A DNA stretch of 64,000 bases from Lama guanicoe. Lineage: Eukaryota. The notes beneath the pieces were generated by a model, which saw nothing but the letters and a program-made list of their open reading frames with translations, had not been told where the DNA came from and did not search any database. The stretch is taken from positions 16,174,373-16,238,372 of the forward strand of contig MU053881.1 in NCBI GenBank assembly GCA_013239625.1, in the 5' to 3' direction. How positions within the stretch are numbered: position 1 is the stretch's first letter; the number at the start of each line of letters is the position of its first letter. Shown here piece after piece: positions 1-11,401 of this stretch. A program made the position numbers and the translations under genes.

Positions 1-689
1 GCATCTTATTGTAAAAATCATCCTACTGCATCTTTTTTATATACAAATTTACTAACAACCCCCCCACCCCACCACACACACATCACTTGTACACAATTAG
101 ATTTTTGTTTTCAGGGTTTTGATAATGTAATCCAAAAGTCGACAGCATCTTTGTGTGTAAAGCTGTATTAGCATTCTGGATACCTGCCTCAGGCTGAGCA
201 CCCTGAAAGAGGAACTACCAGGTCAGGATCCAGTCCTCTTGCTGGGTCCCGTTTTGTCGTAGAAGACACAGCATGGCACCACCGGCTGTCCATTAGAAAC
301 CAAATTTCCCACAGCCTTGTTGGCATTGAATATTATTACTTGAAAATTATTTTACATCCCAGACTGCATGTAGGTAATTCTATGACATGGGTTTTTAAAC
401 TGGAATCCTTGGATTTCAAGGCGGTCGTAAGCCCTTAAATTGTCTGTATTTTCTGGGTTAGCTAGTCCTTAACGTTTACCAGATGCGCAAAGGAGTCCCT
501 GCAAGGATGGGCTAAATGGACAATCATTTAAAATTATAATATGCCCTATCCTGGTAATCAGACTGAAGTCTGAGGTGGTTCCTCTTCCACCAAATGGGAT
601 GTCTCATTAGTGGCTAATTGCTGTAGGGCTGCAGTCTTCCTGCCCTCTTGTCAATGTTAGAATTCTTTCTCTAGAGCTCCCTCCCAGAG

Positions 690-853
690 GTGGTTTTTAC
701 TGTGTCTGGAGACATTTTTGTTTTTCACAACTTGGGAGGGTGGGGGTGGGGGTTGCTACTGGCTTCTGGTGGATGGAAACCAGAGATGCACCTACAGTGC
801 ACAGGACGGCCTCTCCCCGTCCAGCTCCAGATGTCAACAGTTGGGAAACCCGG
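690..853 (+). mobile_element. MER20-like hAT DNA transposon fragment
   Basis: gtctggagacatttttg...gctactggc...gaaaccc core recognised by eye; ends approximate. Confidence 0.65.
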
Positions 854-1134
854 GGTAAACAGGCTAGAGCCGCCCTTGCCGGCTTCCTATGAACAAGTCT
901 GTTTTCTTGTGACTCAGAAAGCAGGGCTGCCCCAGACAGGAGTTAAGATTATGCTCTATCTGGGGCCACGGCACATGAGGGGGCACTCTTTACAGGACAG
1001 ATGCTGTGGATTTGTGTAAGAAACCAATGAGGGGCCGTATAACTCTGGGAGAGGGGTCAGGGGATCTTAACACTAGACTAGAGATTCTGTAAAGGGTCTT
1101 GGGATCCTCAGCATTTAGAATAGCTCTGGTTAAG

Positions 1135-1378
1135 CCTATCTCAGTGCCTGGGGTAGGGTGGGGAGGGATTCTACCCCCCGCCCCCAGGGGCCACTGGCAG
1201 GATCTGGAGACATTTCTGATTGCTGTGATTGGGGGTGAGGGTGCCACTGGCATCTGGTGGGTGGAGGCCAGGGATGCTGCTCAGCCCCCTGCAGTGACAG
1301 GACGCCCCCCCTCCCCCACCACTGCAAAGGACGATCCAGTCTGTTTAACATCAGTTGTGCCAAGGTTGAGAAACTGCT
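1135..1378 (+). mobile_element. MER20-like hAT DNA transposon
   Basis: tctggagacatttctgattg...ggcatctggtgggtggaggccagggatgctgct...aaggttgagaaactg. Confidence 0.8.
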
Positions 1379-3605
1379 TGTGGAACCATGGTGTGGGCAT
1401 CAGACAAGAGAGAAGCTGCTCTTGTGGATGTAGGACCCCCCCCAACCAACCCATTGCCTCCCGCTGACTCCCCAGACCTACCTGCCTTGGGGACCTGAGC
1501 ACTTCTGAGTATACACATTTTGGAGGCCCGTGCCGTGGGGACCCAGTGTTGGCTGCCGCGGGCGGTCCCTGTCTAGTCTGTGCCTCACCCTTATTATCTC
1601 TGCAGCGAAGATGGTGGGTAGAGGCCCATGGTGGGACTTTCAAGAAAGCCTAACTAAAACCTCGCAGGGTTTGTTTTATTCAGATTTTTTTCAGACTTAC
1701 CTGTGCATCTTGGTAACAAATGTCTTGAGCATCTATTAAGTTCCAAGCACGAAGTCATACACGTTCCCTGCTCTCAGCCACCAGCCTTACTGGTGACAGG
1801 CAAAGGGTGGGTCGGACCATAAACTCCCGATTATGTGAATATGATCCCCTCAGAGAGTAGTAAGTGTTCTATTTTATTTTAAAATATGTTGGAGAAAGCG
1901 AGTGCTGAGGAGGGCAAGTAGAGCCACATTTTATACAGCAGGAGGGCCCCCTCTGAGCTGAAACCAGGAGAAATCGACATGCAGGGATCTGGCGGAAGGG
2001 CATTCTAGGCAGAGGGAACAGCCAGTACAAAATTCCTGTGATAGGAAAGTGGCAACAAGAGACAGCCAGTGGCCTGGAGTGGAGTCAGCCAGGAGTCATC
2101 ATAAATGATGGGAGGGAGAGTTCCAGGGTGTGGGGTCAGCCCTCACCTGAATTCCTCTGCTTTGGGTGGTCTCTATTTCTGAGAGAAATCATACCATTCC
2201 CACCATCCATGGGTGTCTGTTGCGGACCATGCCTTTAAGGTCACAATCACCCACCTGCACAATAATGTGTTGGAAACTCAGAAGGTCCCATGAGTCTGGT
2301 GGCTCCTCTCTTGGGTATACTTAGATGCCCACGGAGTTCAGTAGTCTGGGACCCACACCCAGAGCCCCAGGGGCCTCCCTGGCCTGGAGGGGCTGGGTGC
2401 TGAGCGTTCATCTGGGTGGTGGACAGGCCTGCGGCGGCACTGGCCCCACCACACGGCCTTTCCCAGAGGGCAGCTGGCCCCAGGGAGCCTCTTGCTTTAG
2501 CTGGGCCCCCCTACCCAACACTTTGCTCTGAGCTCCCAGAGACGCCAACTTTGCTGGGTCATCTCCCCAAGGGACCTTGGTCCCCGAGCCCTTGGCTGTC
2601 ACTGGTGCTAATGGAGTGAACATGAATCACTGTGATCAGGGGTGGGGGTGGGATCAGCTCAGGCTAGAACATTCCGGAAAGACCTGTAGGAGCTGGCAGG
2701 TGCAGGACCGGGTAGGACTGCCACTTTGCACTAAGGAGACTTGATTAGAAATGGCGGCTTCACTGCTTTTGAGACCTGGGGCAAGTCACTTCATGTTCCC
2801 AAAGGTCACATCCGATCCTTCTGGTTCTCAGGGGCAGCCTCTTGTCCCCCCACCACCCTGCCCCCCAGAACACGGCCCCCACGGCCCCCGCCAGCTCCCT
2901 TCTACTTGCCCATGCCCCTTTCCTCTCGGTGGCCTGAGACTTTTTCCTCCTTGAATGAATGTCTTTGGCCGATGCTGAGAGGTTTCCAAAAATAGGGGGA
3001 GATAAGGATTTTTTTTTTTATCAGAGTAAGGGGTTTATCCTCTGGTTGGTCCTGAAGGTTAACTGTAGTTAGGAGGGACCCCACAGGCCTGAGAAGCCCC
3101 ATCCTGAGGGTGGCAGGGGGCAGGCAGGGTCTCTCTGATGTTGTTCAGAGCAGACAGGAGGGGACAACCAGAGAGAGGCGCTACAGGGATGGAGGGTCCA
3201 GGCACACCCCAGCCTCATCCATAAAATGGGCACGTGGGTGTGAGCACGGGTCAGCTAAGTCAGCAGAACACTTAGCATGGTGGTTCACTGTGATGGTGAC
3301 CAGGACCTTTTCACCTCTTGGGGAACCGCATGGGTGGATGCTGACAGACAACTGGAAGAGGAACACCCCACATTTGGATGGTCTTAGGAGCTGGGGCCAC
3401 AGGTAGCTCCCATGTGAACTGTCAACCACATAATGTCCACCTGCCAGGCTTCCAGGGATGACCTCGAGCATCACACTGGTGGCAGGTGTTCACATCTGGG
3501 GAGTTGTGAGTTTTGTCTGCTTTAATCCCAAAAGGAGCTGCTGTAGGTTATGACTCACACACGGATGTTCTGCTCACCACCTAAAAAAAATAAATAAATA
3601 AAGGA

Positions 3606-3752
3606 GGGGAAGGTATAGCTCAGCGGTAGAGCACATGCTTAGCATGCTTAGAATGCACAGGGTCCTGGGTTCAATTCCTAGTACCTCTATCAAAAATCAG
3701 ATCAAATAAAATAAAGCTAGTCGCCCCTCTCCCCCCCCAAAAAAGAAAAAAT
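3606..3752 (+). mobile_element. tRNA-Ala-derived SINE (camelid Vic-1-like)
   Basis: ggtatagctcagcggtagagc...gggttcaattcctagtacctc with A and B boxes, an internal duplication of atgcttag, and an A-rich tail. Confidence 0.85.
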
Positions 3753-4367
3753 AGTAAGGTGGTATTATATAGGGGAGCTTCCATCTCCTGAATGTCAGAA
3801 ACTTTGCCCTAGAAACATCTGAACTCTGGGGAGAATCCTTAAGACTGCAGTGGGGTTTCTTTTTGTTTTTTTTTCCATCTCTGTGGCAAAAAAAAAAAAT
3901 TTACTACTTTAACTATTTTTAAAGTGGACAGTTCAGTGACGTTTAGTACTTTCACCATGTTATGCAACCACTACCCTTATTTAGTTCCAGAATATTTTCA
4001 TCACCCCGTCCCGGTGAGCGGTCACTCCTCATGCTCCATCCCCCTCCAGCCCCTCACAACCACTAACCTGCTTTCTGTCTCTAAGGATTTGCCTGCTCTG
4101 GACATTTTGTATAAGTGGGATTGTGTAACGTGTATGCAGTGTTTACAGGGGGACAAAGCACAGAGGCATGTATATCTATATATGATGTATACACACATGC
4201 ACGTATTCATATGTCTGTATGTATGTGATGGGTCTGGGGTCTCCATCCCTGCCAGCTCCCCAGCTGTGACTGCATTTGGGTAAGACAGGAGATGATTCTT
4301 GTAGCTCTGCAGTGGTGAGAACATCTTTGCAAGCTTGCAGTGTCAGGCTCTGTCATGTTAGGCTAGA

Positions 4368-4575
4368 CCAGGTTTCTCTGTCTCGGTGTTGCTGACACTT
4401 GGGGCCAGATCATTCTTTGCTGTGGGGCTGCCCTGTGCCTCACAAGGTGTTGAACAGCATCTCTGGTCTCCGCCCACCAGATGCTGGGAGCACTTGCTCC
4501 CTGCAGCCATAACATAGTAAAACATTTCCAGAAACTGCCAAGTATCCCCTGGTGGGGGGACACAGTCGCCCCCAG
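4368..4575 (-). mobile_element. MER20-like element
   Basis: cagg tttctc...gacacttggggccagatcattctttgctgtggggctgccctgtgc... is the reverse complement of the copy at 1135. Confidence 0.75.
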
Positions 4576-4673
4576 GTGTGCACCCCTGTCCTCGACCTCC
4601 ATGCTGCTTTCACACCCCCTGGGTCCCTTCCAGGGTGACACCTGCTTCCCAAAGTTCTGTGCTCTGCCTGCAG

Positions 4674-4839
4674 GTGCCCACTGGCCTCCGGGGCCAGGCA
4701 CTCCTGAAGGTGTGGGGCCACGGCCGGCGGGCGGAGGAGGGCCCCCTCTTCCACAACCAGACTTCTGTGACCGTGGACAGTCGGGGCGCCTCTGTGTTCA
4801 TCCAGACTGACAAGCCGGTGTACAGGCCCCAGCACCGAG
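4674..4839 (+). CDS. CPAMD8: CPAMD8 local exon 1 (MG1/MG2 region)
   Basis: cag|[15 protein letters not shown]...[17 protein letters not shown]|gtgggc; 166 nt, phase 0 to 1. Confidence 0.95.
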
Positions 4840-4915
4840 GTGGGCGGCCGGTGCGGGCCGGGGGGAGGGCCAGCCACGGCCTGGAGCTGCCACACGCCTC
4901 TCTCCTTTCTTCCAG

Positions 4916-4968
4916 TGCTAATCAGCATCCTCACCGTCACCCCAGACCTGAGGCCCATCAATGAGAAG
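4916..4968 (+). CDS. CPAMD8: CPAMD8 local exon 2
   Basis: ttccag|(V)[17 protein letters not shown]|gtgaga; 53 nt, phase 1 to 0, after a 76-nt intron. Confidence 0.95.
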
Positions 4969-5385
4969 GTGAGATCAGCTTCTAAAACTGGGTGCCTGAA
5001 ACTCACGCACCTCGGTCTGCCTGTCCAGGGCCACCATCAGCAACTGGTCTCTCTCCCCTGCCTCTTCCAATTTCTACTTTTATTCCTAGTTTCTTTCTGA
5101 GGCTCCATGTTCCCTGGGGGGGACCCAGGTTGGGGGACATCTTTGTGACAGAGAAAGGCAAGAGTGGTTGTGCTTCCACAAGGGGTACCAGTGGCCTCTG
5201 CCAGTGGTCAGTGCCCCTCCATGCCCCGCCATGGCCCCTGATTTGAAATCCTAATAACCTTGCGTTTATTTAACGTTTATTAGAAAGATGTTATATAACC
5301 ACTACTTCAATTGGCAGTAACTTCAAATGTACAGAAAAGTTGGAGGAACAGTACAGATAGCTTCCTGTAGACCCGTCATGGAGTC

Positions 5386-5589
5386 CAGGGGTCGGCAAAC
5401 TTCCTGTCAAAGTCCAGGTAGTAAATATATTCGGGCTTGCAGGCCAGAGGGATTCTGGTGCAACTTGAAACTACTCAGCTACAGACAATTCGTGAATGAA
5501 TAGGCTGGGCTAGGTGCCAATAAAACTTTATTTACACAAGCAGCCAGAGGGCTGGATTTAGCCCAAGGGCCATAGTTGGCCAAGTCTTG
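5386..5589. mobile_element. MER58-like hAT MITE
   Basis: caggggtcggcaaac...caataaaactttatttac...gttggccaagtcttg, with imperfect terminal inverted repeats. Confidence 0.75.
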
Positions 5590-7274
5590 ATCTGGAGCCC
5601 AATTCTTAAACTGGAGGGGGCAGCAGAGTCACCTGCAGGACTTGTTCACACACAGATTATTGGGGCCTCCCCGCGAATTTAGAATTTTTAATTCAGGAGC
5701 TTCAGGGGAGGGGCCCAAGGATCTGTTCAGGTGGAGTCTTCACGGTTTCTTCCCCGAAAAGTCATTGTTTCCCCTTGGTAATCAGTGAGTAATCTGTGGG
5801 GGACACTCGAGACTGTGGGCACCCTGTTACCAGCCAACGGGCTCATTTGCTACTCCCAGCATCCACAGATGAGTCCAAAATTACGTGAATCAAAACTTGC
5901 TCTGATGATTGCAAAGTGGTGATATTGTCAACTCTGTGGCTTCTTCTGTATTAGTTGGCATTCTGCTTCAAAGAGATGCTTTCAGACGTTGTTGATTGTA
6001 AAGGAAGAGATTTAAGTAAACTATACATGTACATAGCAAAGATGGGAGCGTGGTCTGGGGCGACTTCAGTTGAGGGAACCGCGACGGGCCACGTGTACGG
6101 TGCTTAACCGTCTGCCAGACACGAGCACGCTCTGGCACTTGGGGAACATGACTGAGCAGAGCAGGGTCGGACCCCACCCCCAGAGGGCCCAGCTCCTGGA
6201 AAATAATCCCGCAAAGTTCCCTGGTGGGTCCCAGCCTAGAGCACAGTTCCGCTGGGTGCTGTCTCGCTTTTATCATCCCAAGTTTCTGCGCTACTTTTTC
6301 ATTGCATATTTTAATGCCCGTGTTTTTGATGCATCCTTGCAAACTCCCCTTGGTGCCCGTCTTCCTCCTGCCCAAGGAAGGCTTCGTACCCAGCCACCCC
6401 CTCCTGGTGGATGTTTGCTTGTTTCCAGGTTTCGGCCATTGTCAGGGATGCTGCCCTGACTGTCTTTATGCTCGAACCTTCTTTTCCACTGGCCTTTCCT
6501 TCCTCAGGCTCAGTTGGACCCCAGGAGTGGGATACTGGGATCCACGGCCCTGACAGTGTTGAGGTCCTGGATGTGTGTGTTTTTGAGTGGACGGTGCCTG
6601 GATGTTGGAGGGGGCTGCCTGCCCATAGCCCTCCCCAGGGAGGGGGGCGAGGCTCAGTCACTTGACATCAGCTCCTGCCCAGTGTCCAGTTTTTGCCAGA
6701 AAGGGCTTCACGCAAACGATGGGAGGAAAGGGACCTGGATCTGTATGTGCAGCTGCTTATTTTCCTCTGGAGGTTGGTTAAGGGCCCAAGAAGGCTAAAT
6801 CTCAGGATGCTGAATTCGAAGTGCAGAGCTTCCTTTGGGCTCAGCACGGACACCCTTGGACGCACAGGGAGGCTTGAGCTGATGGGTTGGATCCTATGTG
6901 TACAGGGTTAGCCGTGCATGAGGGCGCAATGCTGGGATCAGGAGGCACAGTTGTGCAAAGTAGACTCCACTGGAGAGTTCTGCATCTTGGAATCAGTGTT
7001 GACTCTTCACTTCACTTTGATGATGTTCACTGGGTAGAAGCCAGGCTCTAGGCGGGTGCTGGGAGTTTGGGAAGGAACAGGTGCGTTCCAGGCCTCCTGG
7101 AACCTGACATGCGCCACCTGCCGAAACAATGCGGTGGCAACCTGGGTGGTCTGCCTGGAGGAGTTGTCCTTAGTTGGGGTGCGGGGGAGTCTGGAAGGGA
7201 GGGCAGGGCTGTGATGGGGAGCAAGGAACACAGAGGCCCCAGGTGGGACTCAGCCAGCCTCATTGTCAGTGGCA

Positions 7275-7640
7275 ACTGTATGAGTTTGCTGGCTGATTTA
7301 AAGGACAGAAATGTATTCTCTCCCAGTTCTGGAGGCCAGAGGTCTAAGATCAAGGTCTGGGCAGGGCTGGTTCCTTCCATGGGCCAGGAGCGGGGGATCT
7401 GCTCCAGGTCTCCCTCCTTGGCTTGTCACTGGCCGTCTTCTTCCTTCTGTGTGAGTCTGTGTCCGAATTTCTCTTTCTCATGACACCAGTCCTGTTGGAT
7501 TGGGACCTACGCTAGTGACCTAGTTATTTTAACTAATCACTGCTATAAAGACCCTTCTATATGGTCACATTCTGAGGTACTGAGGGTGAGGATGTCAACA
7601 TATGAATTTGTGGAGGAGGGGGACACCGTTCAACCTCTGA
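7275..7640 (-). mobile_element. MLT1-type MaLR LTR
   Basis: cagttctggaggccagaggtctaagatcaagg...ggtcacattctgaggtactg...acatatgaattt. Confidence 0.7.
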
Positions 7641-7731
7641 CAGCACCTGTCCCAAGGGATGAACAGTCAGTGCGCACGGAGGGCTCAGGGCTCATGGGAA
7701 GGTTTGCTGACCACCTCTGTCTCTGTTGCAG

Positions 7732-7749
7732 CTGGAAGCCTACGTCCTG
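7732..7749 (+). CDS. CPAMD8: CPAMD8 local exon 3, 18-nt microexon
   Basis: ctctgtctctgttgcag|CTGGAAGCCTACGTCCTG|gtgagt = LEAYVL; links NEK to DPRGSR as expected for the family. Confidence 0.9.
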
Positions 7750-8143
7750 GTGAGTGGCCTCCCCCTCCACAGCCTTGACTCGGGGATAGTTAGCCCGCTG
7801 TCTGCAAGACCTGGTCTGTCTTTGCCCACCACCCACCCTCTGGGTTGATCCCTGCTGGCCCCTTCGCCCTACAAGTCTGCGACTGGGTTGAACCCTGGGA
7901 CAGACCAAACACATGTCTGTCCATCTCTTTGTAGATTTGCACACAGCTCCCTAAACCAGGAAGCAGGTCTGCCCCTCTGTCCCCTTGTCCTCAGACAAGT
8001 GCCTTCTATGCCCTGAGCTTCCGTTTGCTCTGTATAAATAGCTGATTTTGGGGTCTGCCCTAGAGAGAGGGCTTGGAAGGTCCCCATGCATGTGGGGCAC
8101 ACATGGGCTGCCCTGAGTTTACAGTGGGTCTGTCTCACTGCAG

Positions 8144-8198
8144 GATCCCAGGGGCTCACGGATGATGGAGTGGAGACATTTAGAGCCCTTGTGCTGCG
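8144..8198 (+). CDS. CPAMD8: CPAMD8 local exon 4
   Basis: ctgcag|[18 protein letters not shown]|gtaagt; 55 nt, phase 0 to 1. Confidence 0.93.
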
Positions 8199-9253
8199 GT
8201 AAGTCTCTTTTCCAGTCCTTTCTCCTAATTCCTTCTGTGCTTTGAGGGCTGCACCTTTGGGTGGCAGATGCGAAAAACTTCCCGGGAGAATTGCACGTGC
8301 TGTCTGGGCACCTGCGGCTCCTTCACGGCAGCGTTGGACTCTCTGCCCACGTTTCTCTGTGCCTGGGATCCAGCTGGGGCTTCTCCCGTAACTCGAGACC
8401 TTTCTGGAATATCAGGACTTTGTTGGCACCCCGACCTTCCTCCCACTGCAGAACTTCCTCCTCCTCCGCCCAACCTGAGACATTTCTTTTCCAGTGAGGA
8501 GTCAGAAGGCTTTGCTTTGGCTGAGGAGCTGGCATTTTTTTCTATCTCTATGACAGTAAGGGCGGTGTAATTGACATCCTTCTGTGTTTTGGCCCTAAAG
8601 GAAGCAGAGCCCCTTGAGAGGGGAGGTGTAGGGGCGATTTGGGGAGACTGAGGACAGCTGTGCACCCTCAACCTGGGAAATGCACGAACATGACAGACCC
8701 TGAGTCCTGCCTGGGGGCTCCTGGACCCCGCATGCCTCTGTGAACCAGAGGCCAAGTAGGGTGTCTCTGGCCCATACGTGGGCCATGGTGGATTGTGCCG
8801 TGTCACCCATGCCTCTGGGTTCCCTGGCCTGGTCTTGATCCTTCCCCATGTCCACTTCCCTCTTCCTGATTCTGACATCCCTGAGGAAGGCTGCCAAATT
8901 CCGTCAGGGTTCGTGCGATTCTCCGGCACTGAGGGAACGACTCATCTGGGGAGCAGTGTGGATGAGCTGGTTGGCCCATCTCCCTGTCTCATCCAGCTCG
9001 CCAACTGCACCTGGCCTTGGCTTCAGGGCTCCCCCAGGAACTCAAGGTGCAGTTTCTCCCAGCTTCCCCGCCTCAGCCTACGGGAGTGCTGCTTCTGCAT
9101 AGACCCCACCAGCCTGTGGTCTCTGGCTTCCCCGAGAGGCTGCACAGGGCAAGGGGAGGCCCGGGGCACCTCTGCCCTGACCTCACTGCCCAATGCCAGG
9201 CTGTCTGCACACGCACCTGCCCCAGGATGAGTGGGGCATCTTTCTTCACCCAG

Positions 9254-9367
9254 GCATCACCAACATGACCTTCCCCTTGTCCGACCAGCCGGTACTGGGA
9301 GAATGGTTCATTTTTGTCGAAATGCAAGGCCACGTGTACAACAAGTCCTTCGAAGTTCAGAAGTATG
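9254..9367 (+). CDS. CPAMD8: CPAMD8 local exon 5
   Basis: cccag|(G)[17 protein letters not shown]...SFEVQKY|gtaagt; 114 nt, phase 1 to 1. Confidence 0.95.
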
Positions 9368-10464
9368 GTAAGTCGGAGAATCTCAGGTTCTAGATTTTCA
9401 GATGGAGGCAGACCACAGCCTCAGTGATGACACAGATGACAAGGGAGAAAATGGCAGACGCCTTATTCACTGAGGGCTCAGTAGGGCCAGGCACCATGTG
9501 GAGGGCTGGGCTTTTGTCATGTCCTTAAAAAAAAAATTGTGATAAAACAGATGACCTTATATGAGTAGAATCATACAGCTTCTGTCTTTTTGTGAGTAGC
9601 TTATTTCACTGAGTGTAATGTCCTCAAGGTTCATCCCTGTTGCAGCAAGTATTAGAATGGTCTTTCTTTTTGAGGCTGTCATGTTTTTATTCTTTAATCC
9701 TCATCCTGAACCGATGAAGTATCTCCTTTTACAGATGGGGAAACTGAGGCTGAGAGAGCCGTTAAGGAAATTGCTCAAGTAACAAGAGCTGGGGGGTGAC
9801 CCTGGGCCAGAGCTACGTACTCTGCTTCTGTGCTGAAGTTCTCCCTCATGGGGTCAAGGGTTTCTCCCTCTTTGAAGAGGAAGGCCCTGGAAGGACAAGC
9901 TGTACAAGTCGGGGTCATGGGCTGCAAGCACCAGAAGCCTGGTGCAGACTGAGCAGACAAGAGGAAGGGGATTTATAGGCTTGTGCTGTAAGCGCTCAGG
10001 ACCAGTGTCTTCACGTTTCCTCCATTCTGCTCCCTGGTGTCCATCCCGGGCTGTGCAGGGTGATGAGATGGCTAGACGTGCCCAGGACAGCAGAGAGTGA
10101 CCCCCTCCAGCCACAGCACCCTCAGAATGCCCCTAGAGGGTCCAGGAACCTGACCACTTGTGCACCCCTGGGATGGGCTGGAATTGGCTGCACTCAAAGC
10201 AGGTGGCCTAAAACTGACGAGACATGGCCCCCTGAGGAAAACGGGGTGCAGGTCCCCCAAAGGTAGGAAACAGATCTGGTGGGCAAAATCCCCAGAGAGC
10301 CACCTGTGCTCAGCAAAGGGTGATGTGTATTCTCATTGTGTCAGCAGCACAGAGTTCCCAGACTTGACTTTGCGGTGCTCCCTCCCACACCTCTGGTACC
10401 CTTCTGAGGCCACCCCAGTGATGGAAGTCACCCCACCTCCCTCTTCTCTGCTCTCTCCCTTCAG

Positions 10465-10549
10465 TGTTGCCAAAGTTTGAGCTGCTTATTGACCCACCAC
10501 GGTATATCCAGGACCTGGACACATGTGAGACTGGCACTGTGCAGGCCAG
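10465..10549 (+). CDS. CPAMD8: CPAMD8 local exon 6 (MG3)
   Basis: ttcag|(V)[27 protein letters not shown]|gtgaga; 85 nt, phase 1 to 2. Confidence 0.95.
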
Positions 10550-10595
10550 GTGAGACAGAGGCGGCTACTGTGGGAGAGCCCTCCATATCCTCCGT

Positions 10596-10740
10596 GGGCA
10601 TGCCCCTCCCCTAGGGCACACCCTTAGGGATGCCCCTCCCTGGACATGCCCCTTCCAGGCTATGCCCCTTCCCTAGGACATGTCCCCCCAAGACATGCCC
10701 CTCTCCTAGGACACACCCCTAGGCCATGCCTCTTCCAGGC
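10596..10740. repeat. Degenerate minisatellite, units of about 15-20 bp (GGACATGCCCCTYCCTA-like)
   Basis: About 9 imperfect units seen directly; four carry an exact RRRCWWGYYY decamer. Confidence 0.85.
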
Positions 10741-11401
10741 AGGCTCTCAGCTCCACCCAACTCCCCCTGCAGGTTGCACCCACAGTTAATGGGCTGACCC
10801 GAGAGGGATTTCTTGAGGGAGTTGCTCACCTAATGACCAGGCTCTTGACTGAGCCCAACATGACGGTTGACCAGAGGGTGTCAAGAGGCGCTGTCCCTTT
10901 CTGGGGCCCCTGGAAGAGCCCTGAGAGGCTCGAGTTCCCCTCCTCCAGCTCTGCCACCTGCCGCAGACTCTGGGGGAGACGTTCTCTAGCAGGTGTCTCC
11001 TCCAGCTGTGTTTTAAAATCCAAGGATGTGCTGGATACACACACGGGTTACAGCCTAGAAAGTACTATCAAAATTCCAGCCATTATTGTTTTATTCGCTG
11101 TGGTCTCCCATTTTGCTCCTGTGTCTCAGTAAGGAGGTGTCCCCTCTGCATCAAGCCTGACATACACACACTTAAGTTTCGCCAACATGGTTTTAGTCCC
11201 ATTCTCCGGGTGAGGAAACTGAGGCTCAGAGAAGTCAGAGGTTCAAAGTTGAAATCCCTGGGCACTTAGTTCCAGGCCTCCCTGGTGTCCACAGTTGCTC
11301 CATCCTTTGTGCTGCCCTGCTCTATCCTGTGGCCAGCCCCAGTGGTTGTCTCACATATCCTGCTGTTTCGGATCCAGAGTTCCTCTCTGACCCTTGGTCT
11401 C

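Noticed and set aside
1..4673. Upstream CPAMD8 exons or promoter
   Set aside because: No CpG island, signal-peptide exon or convincing small exon found; treated as intron, although a very short exon could have been missed
8225..8929. 234-aa minus-strand ORF, and the similar 235-aa ORF at 52147-52854
   Set aside because: Pro/Gly/Ser/Arg-rich composition expected by chance in GC-rich introns; no domain or splice support for a nested gene
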